A stretch of 64,000 nt of DNA from Euprymna scolopes (taxonomy: Eukaryota). The DNA is taken from assembly GCA_053919585.1 (NCBI GenBank), contig CM132788.1. One strand, given 5' to 3'. The notes beneath the pieces are model-generated. The model was not told the DNA's origin, searched no databases, and saw only the letters and a program-made list of their open reading frames with translations. Both the position numbers and the translations under genes were made by a program. Of this stretch, positions 13,238 through 25,640 are shown piece after piece (positions within the stretch are counted from its first letter, which is position 1; each line of letters begins with the position of its first letter).

Positions 13238-14112
13238 CATTAACGTTGTCTTGTCACAAGAAGAAACAATAAAAGATGAGACATCGGAATACCTTGATGA
13301 CATATACGTGAACGAAGACATTGTGTCATCATAACGTGTAAGGTCCAAACTTGCTGCGTTTGGTTTGATTTGCAAGGACCCAGAACGTTATAGAATGGCG
13401 CCCGTGTTTTGGGCCTGAACGTTCGACAGAAGCGAGAGACTTTGAAATGGAGGCGCGAAACTTCAGTTCCCGAAGGAGCCGATGTCTTCACGGAGCGAAC
13501 AGTATTTACCCTGTGTGAAAAAAATTTGGGCTACCTACCAGTGGGTGGAGGGACTCGTGTGGCAACAGGCATTATAAAAAGGAGGACAAGGACAGTCACT
13601 AAAGGCTGTCAGGATGAAACAGCGGAGAGTCTGTTGATTTGCATGATGGAGGAGAACATTGCAAGGGTAAAGCAGGATGACCCCGGCAAAGTAGGCATGT
13701 GTGTGCAGGGAGACAAACTGAATATTGGATGGGTGCTAGCTCTCTAGCAATTGGTAAGCTGTTGGAGAAGATTGGGGCTGCAATTGAGGACGCCTGCGAC
13801 CAGCGAATGACGCTGCTCATAATAGCCTGGCAGAGCTAGATGCGGTGATAAAAGGTATCAATCTGGCACTCCAGTGGAAATTCAGGAAATTGCGCATACA
13901 CACGGATTCGCTATGCGAGTACCACGGGCTACCAAACACACTGGCAGGCAAGACCAGATGCGCACTAAGGCAGCCAGCGAGATGCTGATCAGAGGGAGGT
14001 TGGAGACCGTAAAAAAACTGGTAACAGAATACAACCTGTCTGTGGATGCGGTACAGGTCACTTACAAATTGCAATCTTTCTGATAGGCTCAGTCGGGTGC
14101 CACAGAGGGTTT
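13235..14112 (+). mobile_element. Gypsy LTR retrotransposon pol remnant, part 1 (RT end + RNase H)
   Basis: SEYLDDIYVNED, LPVGG..RVATGIIKRR, LAELDAVIKGINLALQW..IHTDS, TKAASEMLIR, ending RVPQR. Confidence 0.88.
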
Positions 14113-17100
14113 TTTTTACACAGGCATCACCACATTGTCAAGGCCAAGATCCCACTAAAGGATAGGGATTAAAGAATGCACAGTAGTAATTGGACAATAT
14201 AGTAATAATCAGTAATGAAAATTCGGTAAATTTGATAATTTATATGGAACGGCTCATCCAGAACTTATTTACGTTAGACTTGAAGACAACCATATTGTAG
14301 TAAGCCGGAAAGCAGGAAAACGGAAGACAATTCGACAGGCATGCAGTTCTAAGAAACAAACTCTGTTCATGGAATCTACGATTAGGTTAAGGCACAGATA
14401 AAGAGTGGGGGAAATTATTGATAGTGTTTTCAGCTAGACGAGTGTTTCTTGTGAAAGTTTGGCGAGGGGGACCATAGACAGATGCTCAGTCGAACACTTT
14501 CCATGAAAATAACGGTACATCAGAGACAAACTCGCAACATCTCTTCTGTTAGATAGAGATTGCAGGGAAGAGAAAAAGACATATCCTACGAGGCTACGAG
14601 GTCTATTTTAACTCAATCAAGGCAAGACAAGTCCTTTCTAGCAGTTCCTGTCAAGATGTAGCAACAGTATTCCATCCCTGGAGTACCTGGCTCTTATATA
14701 AATAGAGAATTGCATCAGCAGTGAGATATCTACCGGAACGATTGAAAAATTCCACCATTTTTCCAGCGGCCTTGGCAACAGATTTGATGTACGTGTTCCA
14801 TTTAAGATCAGGAGTAATGCTCAAGCCCAGACGCTTGTCAAAACTTGAGGCCACCTGAAGACGAGAGGCATTCATTTCCATTGATGCCAGATGTGTATTA
14901 GGATGTTGATGATGTAAAGAGAGAAGCTTGGTTTTAGATGCATTAAAAGTAAACAACCACTCCTTTCCCCATTGTACTACGTGATCAAGATCAGAGGAGA
15001 GAGAATCGGACAGAACTTGGTCGTTTACCGTCTTAGATGTACTACCATAAATGGTAGTGTCGTCAGCATAAATGTCTACAAATGATGTACGGATGTGATT
15101 TGGAAGATCATTAATGTAGATCAGGAAAAGTGTTGGGCCCAGGATGGACCCCTGAGGAACACCAGCATTAATGATGTGAGCTTCGGATTTTTGCAACTCG
15201 ACTACCACTCTTATGGACAGATCAGAAAGAAATTATTTAATAATTGAGAACACATTTCCAGCTATACCATAGCTATAGATCTTGTGAAGTAAGCATTTAT
15301 GCAATATCCTATCAATACCTTTGGTCTGTCAAGAGCAATTGCCCTAGAAAGGTTGCCTCCGTCGAAAGATTTGCTAATCCTATGAGATATAACTGTAAGC
15401 ATATCTGATGTAGTTCTAACAGAACGGAAACCATATTGAGTGTCACTTAGAAGTTTTTTTTTTTTTTGTTGAGATGGTTGACTACTTCTGTATTTAACAC
15501 CGATTCGAGCAAATTACTCATGACGCACAGGATACTTATTGGCCTGTACTGAGAGGGGGATAAGCGATCACCTGAATTCTTAAATACAGGGAATACTAAT
15601 AAAATTTGCCACGGTGATGGACGCTATTCTCCTTAAGACGACGTTTAAACAGTTTTGTAAGTATGGGCGCTAGTTCAGGTTGAGGATTTCTGAGTACTAT
15701 AATTGGAATATCATCAGGGCAAGAATGAAGATTTTTGATTAACTTGGCAACATCACGTACTAATATATGTATATCACATAGCGTGTATTCTGATACAGCA
15801 GGAAATATTGAGGGTTGGCGGCCTCGGTCGCAAAGTGTAGAATTAGCTGCAAAGTTCTTGGAAAAGAGTTTGGCTTTGTTTGATGATGACGCGATTACTC
15901 AGGTCCATTGATGAGAGTTGGCATAGAGCACACGCTTCTGTTCAGGATTCTGTTTGCTATTTGCCAAAACTGGTGGGAACCAAGCCGCTGCTCAGCTACT
16001 TTGGACTAAACGCATTGAGCATACAACTTTCTTGCATTCTTTATTACTTTCTTACAATGGTTGCTGGCAGTCCTGAAAGCGGCTTTAGTTTCCATACATC
16101 TATTACGTTGGAAGCAGTGGAAAAAGGTAATTTCTGTGCTCCATGGCAGCAGCACATTCTGGAAAGAACCATGGCTATCTGTTAGGTTTTTGCTGGAACT
16201 TGTTGGAGGGTATGAAACGGTCGATACAATTAACCATTCCGTCAGGTATGATACTATAGATGACACATCCTTTTCATATAAATGCACGGCAGCTATCCCA
16301 GTCAGCCTTAGTGTATCGAAATACTGTACAATCGAGAGATACGTCTGGGGACTTATTACATTTCATTTTTATCTTAATTGATACAACAGAGTGGTTGGAA
16401 GATCCAAGAGAAGACAGAACAGAAACAGAACATAGTTCAGGGCAAGTTGTGAGAAAAAGGTCTAGTAGACTCGCATAGTGGTTGTCATGTTGGGCACACG
16501 GGTGAGTTCATGGGCAATCTGATTGAGGTCATAAGCAACGGAGAAATCATGACAGAACCTCCCCTCATTATCGGTCTTGTTTGAGTGGGTCAACCATTCC
16601 ACGTTGTGAACATAGAAGTTTCCACATACGTGAATGTTAGCTGAAGGATAAGCAGGTAGGAGTTGGTCAATTTTCTCAGATATGCTTTTAAAGATAGTAA
16701 CGCCGCTGTTTCGGGGGCGATAGAGAGTAAATATAAATGCAGTAGTGTGAGATAAAGCAACCCGGAAGCACATATAGGGTAAGTTAGGATCTTCCCTGGA
16801 GATGTCCCTACCACATGGAAGCCATGTTTAATATAGCCACATATTCCATGCCCATGGCAATCTTGGGGGCCAGATTTAGAAGTTAAGTTAGAGTATCCTT
16901 TAATTGCGAACTCTTCATGGTAAATAGCCTGTCCAATGCCAGTTTCGCTTAAAAATAAAGGGTCCGGGTTAGTCTCCTGTAATTGGATTTCAACCTGTGG
17001 AAGGTTGGAAAGTAGACCCCTGATGTTGGCGAAGGAGACATGGTAGTAGGGGTTTATGTTGAAAGTTGCAGAACCGGGTTTAATCATGGTTTTTTTCTTT

Positions 17101-17837
17101 AAACTTGTCATGATTAAATTTTGGAATTTGTGGACTAGGTCGTCAGATTTACTTAGAGCAGAACAGAGAGGGGAAACTAAGAGAGGAAAAGAAACGAATA
17201 TTTTTTGTAGCACATGATAAGGTAAAGCCGTAACAATTACCCACTAATATGGCATCGAGAGGCCCCACCAGAAGCTACTGCATTGTCCAGAATCCATTTA
17301 TCAAATGGCAATACAGCAGCCCCAGTACTTTGCACCTGCTGATAGGATAGCCTCCATAGTGGTTAATTCAAGGTTCGGGTCCCTGACTATCAGGCGGATA
17401 ACGTCAGCCCAGATAAAACGTTTACCTCCATCACTCTTACTAGTGACATGGCTACAAGGATAGACATAGAAACAGAACATTTCTGACATCTCTGCCAACT
17501 GTTCGCGCAAAATGCTGCCAACCGAGAAAACAGCTTTTTCTTCCCCCTTTGTCCGAAAAATCACTCATTAAAAAATAAGGAGTTAGAGGCAAATCAGGAG
17601 AAGCGAGAGCAACGTGAGCTGCCGATAAAGCATACACAATGCGTTTTCTACTGTACATTAAAAAATATTAAGTATTCTACTTAATAAAGTCCAACAGACG
17701 TGTTTAAGGGAAAGTATGGTAATAGATTCCCCTCTCACGAACTAAAAATGAGTACAATTACGTAATCTATTTTTGCAATCAACTTGGTAGATAAATAAAC
17801 ATTTATGGACAAGAAAAAAGCGAACATTTAATAAAAC
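14113..17837 (-). mobile_element. CR1-group LINE family A, near full length (APE + RT, decayed), inserted in Gypsy pol
   Basis: SFANIRGL..LSET (APE), LYRP..CGNFYVH, GVPQGSILGPTLFLIYINDL, YADD; A-tail at about 14109-14117. Confidence 0.92.
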
Positions 17838-19002
17838 TGACACCATGAAGAAAAAAGTCGAGCAAGTACCATTATTATGTGCCGCCTCTATTCAGGTGGC
17901 GGAGGAAATCAGTAAAATACACTACCTAAGTGGCCACCCCGGAGTGAGACTGACATGTTATTTGGTGTAGTTATCCAATCCGTCGGTGTCCAAAAGCGCA
18001 GTGAAAGGGTAGTCAATGAATTCCAAACATGCCAGTCAATCGAACCCGCCTGTGAAGGTCGGCTAGACGCGACTTGGAGCCGATGGGTATGGACATAACC
18101 AACTACGGAAGCCAGCACGTCCTCACCTTGATCGATTGTTGACCGACAAGGTTCGCGATCTGGTGCCCGTTAATAAGACAGGATTACTCCCGTGTCATCT
18201 TTGTATTGGAGTCCATATTATATGAAAGAGAGCCGCCTGAAGAGGTTGTCACAGACAACGACACGTCCTTCTGCAGTTGAGAGAGTTCAGACGTTTCGTA
18301 GACAAGTGAGTGATCAAGCTCAAACATAGATGTGCACATGTGCCAAGGGGCAACAGCATACCAGACCGGTGCATTGAAGCCTGAAGAGGATCGCGGTAAG
18401 AATACAATGCACGATCGCAGAGGTGGCCTATAGATATAATGTAGCACCGAAGGATAGCATGACTGCTGCAAGCGCACCCACCGAAGCGATCTATTGCTCT
18501 CGAGTGCGCATCAAGGATATTGAAGCCTGTCTGCCACATCTGTAGAAACCTGAGGAACGTATGAGTTAGGGGCAACTGTCTAGGTGAAGCCTCTCAATAA
18601 TCGATGCACCAACAACTTTCAAACGGGAGGAAACACTGGTATCTTCAATGAGCAACCGTCCTATTCAATGGTACCTAACGCCGTGTGAAGGATATCCGAC
18701 AAAATACGAAGCAGTTGGCGAGTAGCAGTAATGGTAAATCATCCAACGATCACCTGAAGATCTGAATTATTCCCCGTGATGGTACAACTGCGAACCCCAA
18801 CGCTGACACCGATAGTTCCAGCGCCCATTCTCAGAGATCCGATGAAGTTCAGTTTGATGGTATGACTGTACACCCTAACGCTGAGGTCAATGGTTCCGAC
18901 GCCTCTTTAGAGAGCTCCAATAAAGTGATGTGGTCCAGGCAATCCTCCTTCGTAGGAGTGCCATGTCCATCATGCCACATGTGTGGTCTCGAGACCAGGG
19001 GG
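17838..19002 (+). mobile_element. Gypsy pol remnant, part 2 (integrase) with polypurine tract
   Basis: IHYLSGHPGV..TCQSI (HHCC), GMDIT..LTLIDC, VVTDNDTSF, CAHVPRGNSI; ends with AGGGGG immediately before TG. Confidence 0.88.
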
Positions 19003-19089
19003 TGTAGAGTTGAACGTAATAATCAAAGAAGTAGCCGCTCGTGTGTGTGTGCATTGTGTGGTTATACAACTTACCTTCGGATGGTATCT

Positions 19090-19090
<1 letters not shown>
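19003..19090 (+). mobile_element. Probable start of the Gypsy 3' LTR (right end not defined)
   Basis: TGTAGAG directly after the purine tract at the end of pol. Confidence 0.5.
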
Positions 19091-19122
<32 letters not shown>

Positions 19123-20154
19123 GGAGGGAGAGATTAAAGATGGCAGCATTGGATTTATAAGGTGTAATCTCGTGGAATATCACGAGATCTCATCTTCCAC
19201 TGCACATGTATGCAAATAGGATCGAATCAGTTTTCTAATAAAATACCTGTTGGCAGAGGTGGTTGTGAGAGCACGTGCTGTAATTTTAGAGACAAAGTTG
19301 GCAGTGCCGAATTCTAGCTGAACTTCTGTTTATTGTATTTATTTTTTTCTTGTATACCATCCCATTTAACTGCATACCCAAATCTATAAAAAGTGTAATA
19401 TATATTTCCAAAACAGGGTAAGAAAGAATGTTGGCGATAATTCGAAAGGTGTCTCTCTACTTTACCAGTGAAGTTAAAATTTTATCACACCATGGTTTTA
19501 ATAGAGGCATTTAGAATCTGGTTGATAAAATTCATCAGAAAACTAATGTTGGATCAATTCGAAGTTTGCATGTATTTTAGATTATGCCCAACACCGTAAA
19601 ATATTTCCTAATTAAAAAAAAAATCGTAACATGATCAAAAGGAAAATATGTTGATATGAGTTGTCCATACCCTTCAACAATTTGTTTAAAGGAATCGAAT
19701 CTCCTGAGAAGCGGTAATTACTATGTCCTACTATGCAGATTGCAGAAGCAAGAATCAATAGTGTATGTAGTAATAAAATTAAATATGTTTTTTTTCAGAT
19801 ATTATCGTAACTTTTCTTATGAAGAATTTAATTTAAGCCATATTTACGAGATAGAGAAAAAAACTGTCCAAGTTATTGAATACACATACATATGACTTAC
19901 GTAAAATAGTCTCATGTCTGCTAGAAGTGAAATATGGCCGACATGGCTTTAAAAAGTACACAATTTTTTTTATTGATGTGTGAATTGCCGATGTTCTCGT
20001 ACAAAAGCCATTACAGTGCAGGGAGAAGAGTAGATTTATTGACAGGGTTAAGATCACGAGACCTGTAGTAATTACTAAATCTTACACTAGTGCTTCCAGA
20101 AGCAAAAAAACAAACCAAAAACAGTCATGTATGTAAGCATGCAAATTATTAATA

Positions 20155-20993
20155 CTAGCATGGGTGGCCGGCGTTTCACGGGTGTGTGGAGGTGTGTCTT
20201 GAGCAACAAAAATCGTGGTAATAAGGAAGCATGCTCGAAACCGTACCGAGAAGGAGGAAAATAACGGGGGAAAAACGTGACGACTTTGCTATTACGACCA
20301 CCGCCGAATTGGAAGTTACGCAGGTTTAATTAAGGCTAGACAATCGAAAAGAGAGGATGACTTTCGAAAATATTGGCGGAAAAAAGCGACCGCTCGCTGA
20401 AGAAAGTGCGCAGTTGAGGGTGAAGAAATTAATGTTGTTAGTCAATTTTTCGGTATTTGTCGTCTAAATGGTCGCGGTTCCAAACGATACTGATCGTGCA
20501 AAAATCTGTCGCCTCTATCGAAAGTTCTAGGCAGACATGCAAACATGCATACATACATTTATATGTTGGTAGCTAAAATTTTCGACCCAAACCGATTAAA
20601 AAGCTTGCTCTATCTCTGAATACACTGTCAAATTTCAAATGTTTAGACCAGAAATTGTCTTAATACTTTGCTAGACCTCAAAGGTCAAATTTTTAAAGTT
20701 GACCCCTAGTATGACTCCTTAAGATTTATTGTTTGGGCTCAAATCAAGTTATTAAGCAAGATCCATGTCCAAGGAACCTCTAACTAAAATTCCCATTGTT
20801 TATACCCAAAATTGGCAGACGCATTTGGTAGATTTCTCAAACGTCAAACCGTTGAACTTTGACTCCTTAATAGTCAAAGTTCTGACCGAACACGGATTAT
20901 AAAGATCTTCCCTAACCTCAGTAACCTGTATATCAAATTTCGAGTCTGTGTACTAAGAATTGAAATTTATATTTGACTTTATAGATATATAGA
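20155..20993 (-). mobile_element. Non-autonomous Helitron-like element H1
   Basis: Minus strand 5' TCTATAT...; 3' GC hairpin (cccgtgaaacgccgg) + CTAG; A/T insertion site; internal sequence related to 50850-51419. Confidence 0.7.
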
Positions 20994-21664
20994 TTTTCAA
21001 AAATATAATAGCTTTGTATGTATATAATATTTTTATTCATACACAAACACACAAACACACACACAAACACACACACACGCACGCACACACACATATTTTA
21101 TGCATTTCCACAAAATACAGTTTCAGTGAAATAAAACAATTAGTACTATACGAAGAGTACAATGGGTATTCTGGCTTTATTATAAGTTTCACTAACGGAT
21201 TTATCATTTTAATTTAAGGTATTTGTCATTTCCTATCGTGATCCTGCTCCTGCTATTATATTCCAAAAACGTTTGTGAAAATTCATGAAATATATCTATT
21301 TTGTGCTCATTCCACTGAAACGCAGCCATATCATGGAATCAATTTTCTTTAGACTGAAAGATGCTCATCTATTTTTTTTTTTTAGTTTTTGTAAATTTGG
21401 AATATTTTTTAGAGTTTTATAAATAACTAGCGGGCCTACCCGGCTTTGCTCGGGATAGTATAAAAATAAGAAAATTGAATTTGGTTTAGTAATATATGTG
21501 TTATTCTTATGAGATAGGAATTTGTATGTTTATGTATCATTTGATATTTCGAAGAAATGAATATTTTACCTACATAAGACGGGTATTACAAGTATGAAAT
21601 AATTGTATCTTACCTAGGGTAGGTAATTTACAGCATGTATATGAAAGGACGGGTAATATGCAAC

Positions 21665-22005
21665 ACATTTATCTCATCAAATCCCAAGCGATGCCAGGTA
21701 TGTTACTAATATATATTCTCGCCTATTTCATTAAATCCTGGCCAACGCTGGGTGTTTTGCTAGTATATATCTCAATTAATCTCATTAAATCCTGGGTGAC
21801 GCAAGGTATTCTGTGAGTAAATATTTCAATCAATCTTATTCAATCCAAGGCAACGCCAAGTATTCTGCTAGTATATATTTGCATCTATCTCATTACATCC
21901 CAGGCGACCGTGTATTCTGCTTTCATACATTTGCATGTATCTAATTGAATCCAGGGTGACTCTGGGTAATCTGTAAGTATATATGTGGACGTATCTCGTT
22001 AAATC
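21665..22005 (+). repeat. Tandem array of about 53-bp units (about 6 copies), each a GC hairpin + ..GCTAGT
   Basis: Example unit: tttcattaaatcctggccaacgctgggtgttttgctagtatatat. Confidence 0.8.
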
Positions 22006-23720
22006 CCATAATTCTTGGATTGTTACAAATTTCGACAATTTAACCCACATTATCGCTCACCTGTCTAAAATAATAACTTTGAGACATTGTCTTGGCTGGT
22101 TTTTCATTACAAGCACATCATCCAAATAACTCACATCTCACCATTTTTATAATTGTTGTATATGTAACTATTTTCAACAACCAGGTCACATGATTTCACT
22201 TACATTATCGCCGCCACTCTTACTAAAAACAAACTTTGATACATAGGCTATGGTATGTTACTAATTTCGACTACCACTTTTCATGAGTAAATCCAGATTA
22301 TCGCCCCCATCTATCAGTAAAATAATAACTTTTAGACATGGTATGGCTGGTTATTTCATTACAAACCCACCAAAGAAGTAAGTTACATTATATCATTCCT
22401 CATAATTCTTGGATATGTTACTAATTTTGACACTCATTTTTAATGAAGTAACCAAAAAAATCGCAACACCTTACTAAAATAATAACTTCCATACATTGTC
22501 TTGTCTGTCTACTTCATTACGAATACACCAGTCAAATAACTCACATTTCATCATTTTTCATAATTTTGGGATATGTTGCTAATTTCAAACGTCGTTTTTT
22601 CTGAGTTCAATCCCTCTCCTCTTACTAAAATAATACATTTGAGAATTTTTGGGCTGTTTATTTCATAAGAAACACATCAATAAAATACCTCACATTTCAT
22701 CATTTTTTATAATTCTTGGATATGTTATAAATTTCGACAATCAAATTTAATGGGGGCGCACATCTAATCGCCCAGTTATTACTAAAATCATAAATTTGCT
22801 ACATTGACTGGGCTGTTTATTGCATTATAAACACACACATCAACTAACTAAAGCTTTATTTTTCATAATTCTTGGATAGGTTACTAATTTCGACAATAAT
22901 TTTTCATGAGTTAATCCAAATAATCGCCACTTCTAGCCTGTCTATTTCATTACGAACACACCAATCAAATAACTCACATTTAATCATTTTTCATAATTCT
23001 TGGATATGTTACTAATTTCGACAATCATTGTTTATGATTTAACCCACATAATCGACCCCCCTTACTAAAATACTAACTTTGATACAGTATCTGGTATGTT
23101 TATTTTACTATAAAAACTCCAATCAAATAACTTACATTTAACAACATTTCATAATTCTTGGATATGCTACTAATTTCGACAATCGTTTTTCATAATTTAA
23201 TTCACATAATCCCGTCCCCTTTTGCTAAAATAATAACTTTGATACATTGTCTCTGGTTATTTCATGATAAACTCACCAATCAAATAACTCACATTTTACA
23301 TTTTTCATAATTCTATGATATGTTACTAATTTCGACAATAATTTTCCATGATTTAACACATATAATCGCCCCTCCCTTACTTAAATAACAACCAGGCGAC
23401 ATTGTCAAGGGTGTCTATTTCATTACAAACATACACATCAAATAAGTAACATTTCATCATTTTTCATAATTCTTGGATATGTTACTCATTTCGACAATCG
23501 TGTTTCATGAGTTTACCCACATAATTCCCTTCCTCTTACAAAAATAATACATTTAAGACATCGTCCGTGCTGGTAATTTCATTACAAACACACCAATCAC
23601 ATAACTCACATTTCATCCTTTCTCACTTTTCTTGGATCTGTTACCAATTTCTACACTCATTTTTAATGATGTAACCCACAAAATCGACCCCCTCTTACTA
23701 AAATATTAACTTTAAGACAA
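22006..23720. repeat. Satellite of about 155-158 bp, about 11 copies
   Basis: cataattcttggatatgttactaatttcgacaa recurs at about 22007, 22401, 22559, 22708, 22864, 22992, 23150, 23306, 23465. Confidence 0.92.
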
Positions 23721-24881
23721 CGACTGTATATTATTCTAAAGGTATTCGACAGGAAGCTACATCCAAGGGGGTCTCTCGCAAATTTTATCAATGATTGTAT
23801 ATTATTCTAATGGAATCTGACAGTGAAGCTACATCGAAGGGAGGCCACTTGCATATTATAAGAATGATTGTATATTAATCTAATGGTATTGGAGAATGAA
23901 GCTACATCCAAGGGAGGTCACTTGCATATAATGACAATGAATGTATATTCATATAATGGACATCTATAATGAAAAAACATCCAAGGGAGATCAATTGCAT
24001 ATTACACCAATTATGGTGTATTAGTCTCATGTTATACAACAATGATGCTACATCCAAGGGAGGGCACCTGCATATTATGACATTGATTGTATATACGTCT
24101 AATGGAATTCGCCAATGACGCTACATCCAAAGGGGGCCACTCGCATATTGTAACAACGATTGTCTATTAATCTAATGGAATTCGACAATAAAGCTACATC
24201 CAAGGGAGGTCACCACATATTATAACAATTATTGCATATTAATCTAATGGAATTCGACAATTTGGCTGCACTCAAGGGAGGTCACTTGCATAGTATAACG
24301 ATAATTGTCTATTAATCTAATGGAATCCAACAATGAAGCTACATCAAAGGGAGGTCACCACATATTATAACAATGACTGTGTATTAATCTAATGTAATTG
24401 GGCAATGTAGCTACACCAAGGGAGGTCACTTCCATAGTATAACAATGATTGTCTATTAATCTAATGTAATCCGCCAATTAAGCTACACCGAAGGGAGGTC
24501 ACTTGCATATAATAACAATGATTGTATATTAATATAATGATATTATAAATGAAGCTACATCCAAGGGAGGTAACTTGCATATAATAACAATGGATGTATA
24601 TTAATCTAATGGAATTCGACAATGAAGCTACATCCAAGGTAGATCACTTGCATATTATAACAATTATTGTATATTAATCTAAATGAATTCGACAATGAAG
24701 CTACACCCAAGGGAGGTCACTTGCATATTATAATAATGATTGTATATTAATCTAATATAATTCGACAATGAAGCTTCATCCAAGAGAGGTCACTTGCATA
24801 TTATAACAATGATTGTATATATATCTAATGGAATCTGACAATGAAGCTACATCCAAGGGAGGTCACTGGCATATTATAACA
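23721..24881. repeat. 73-bp minisatellite, about 16 copies
   Basis: catccaaggg at 23760, 23832, 23905, 23978, 24051, 24124 and onward. Confidence 0.95.
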
Positions 24882-24883
24882 TA

Positions 24884-24961
24884 CAAGGTGTTCCAAAAGT
24901 CTTGGGCACATTAAGCAGATATGAGGACTTGAAATGTGCCCAAGACTTTTGGAACACCCTG
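24884..24961. mobile_element. 78-bp Tc1/mariner-type MITE
   Basis: 29-bp TIR ca(a/g)ggtgttccaaaagtcttgggcacatt with 1 mismatch, 20-bp spacer, TA on both sides. Confidence 0.8.
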
Positions 24962-25245
24962 TATATACTGCGCAAGCACCTTCTATTTTTTTCAAATCGG
25001 ACATATACTGCACAAGCACCTCCAAAATTCTCAAATCGGACCTATAATGCACAAGAACCTTCAAAATTTTCACATCAGGCCTATACTGGACAAGCACCTT
25101 CTAAATTTTTCAAATTGGACAAATACTGCACAAGCACCTTAAAAATTGTCAAGTCTGACCTATAATGCACAAGCACCATCAAAGGTTTTCAAATCGGACC
25201 TATACTGCACAAGCACCTTCAAAATTGTCGAATTGGAACTATACT
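24962..25245. repeat. Minisatellite of about 39 bp, about 7 copies
   Basis: Unit tatactgcacaagcaccttcaaaattttcaaatcggacc. Confidence 0.92.
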
Positions 25246-25640
25246 TCCCCTATGTCATACACTCCCAGGCGACGCTTAGTATTCTGCTAGTACACATTCA
25301 CCTATGTCATACAATCCTGGGAAACGCGGGCCGTCCTGCTAGCGTATATACACCTACTTTATCCAATCCTGGGCTATGCCGGGTATTTTGCTAGTACATA
25401 TATCCACCTATGTAATCTATCCCGGGCGACACTGGGCATTAGGCTGGTACATATATTCACCAATTTTTTCCAATCCCAGGCGTCGCCGAGTGTTCGTCTA
25501 GGAAAAATTACATGACTTTTATCCAATGCCAGGCCATGCCTGGTAATCAGCTAGTATATATGTTCTGCTAGTGCTATGTCAAACAATTGAGGGCGACGCT
25601 GGGTATTTTGCTCGTACATACACACCAATTTTATCCAATG
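25246..25640 (+). repeat. Second tandem array of about 52-bp hairpin + GCTAGT units (7-8 copies)
   Basis: Example unit: cctactttatccaatcctgggctatgccgggtattttgctagtacatatat. Confidence 0.85.

Noticed and set aside
19249-19270. tggcagaggtggtt resembling a tRNA-iMet primer-binding site
   Set aside because: Imperfect, lies after the 3' LTR, and no gag follows
23721-25245. CRISPR-like regular periodicity
   Set aside because: Whole units repeat with no unique spacers; eukaryotic context with no cas genes
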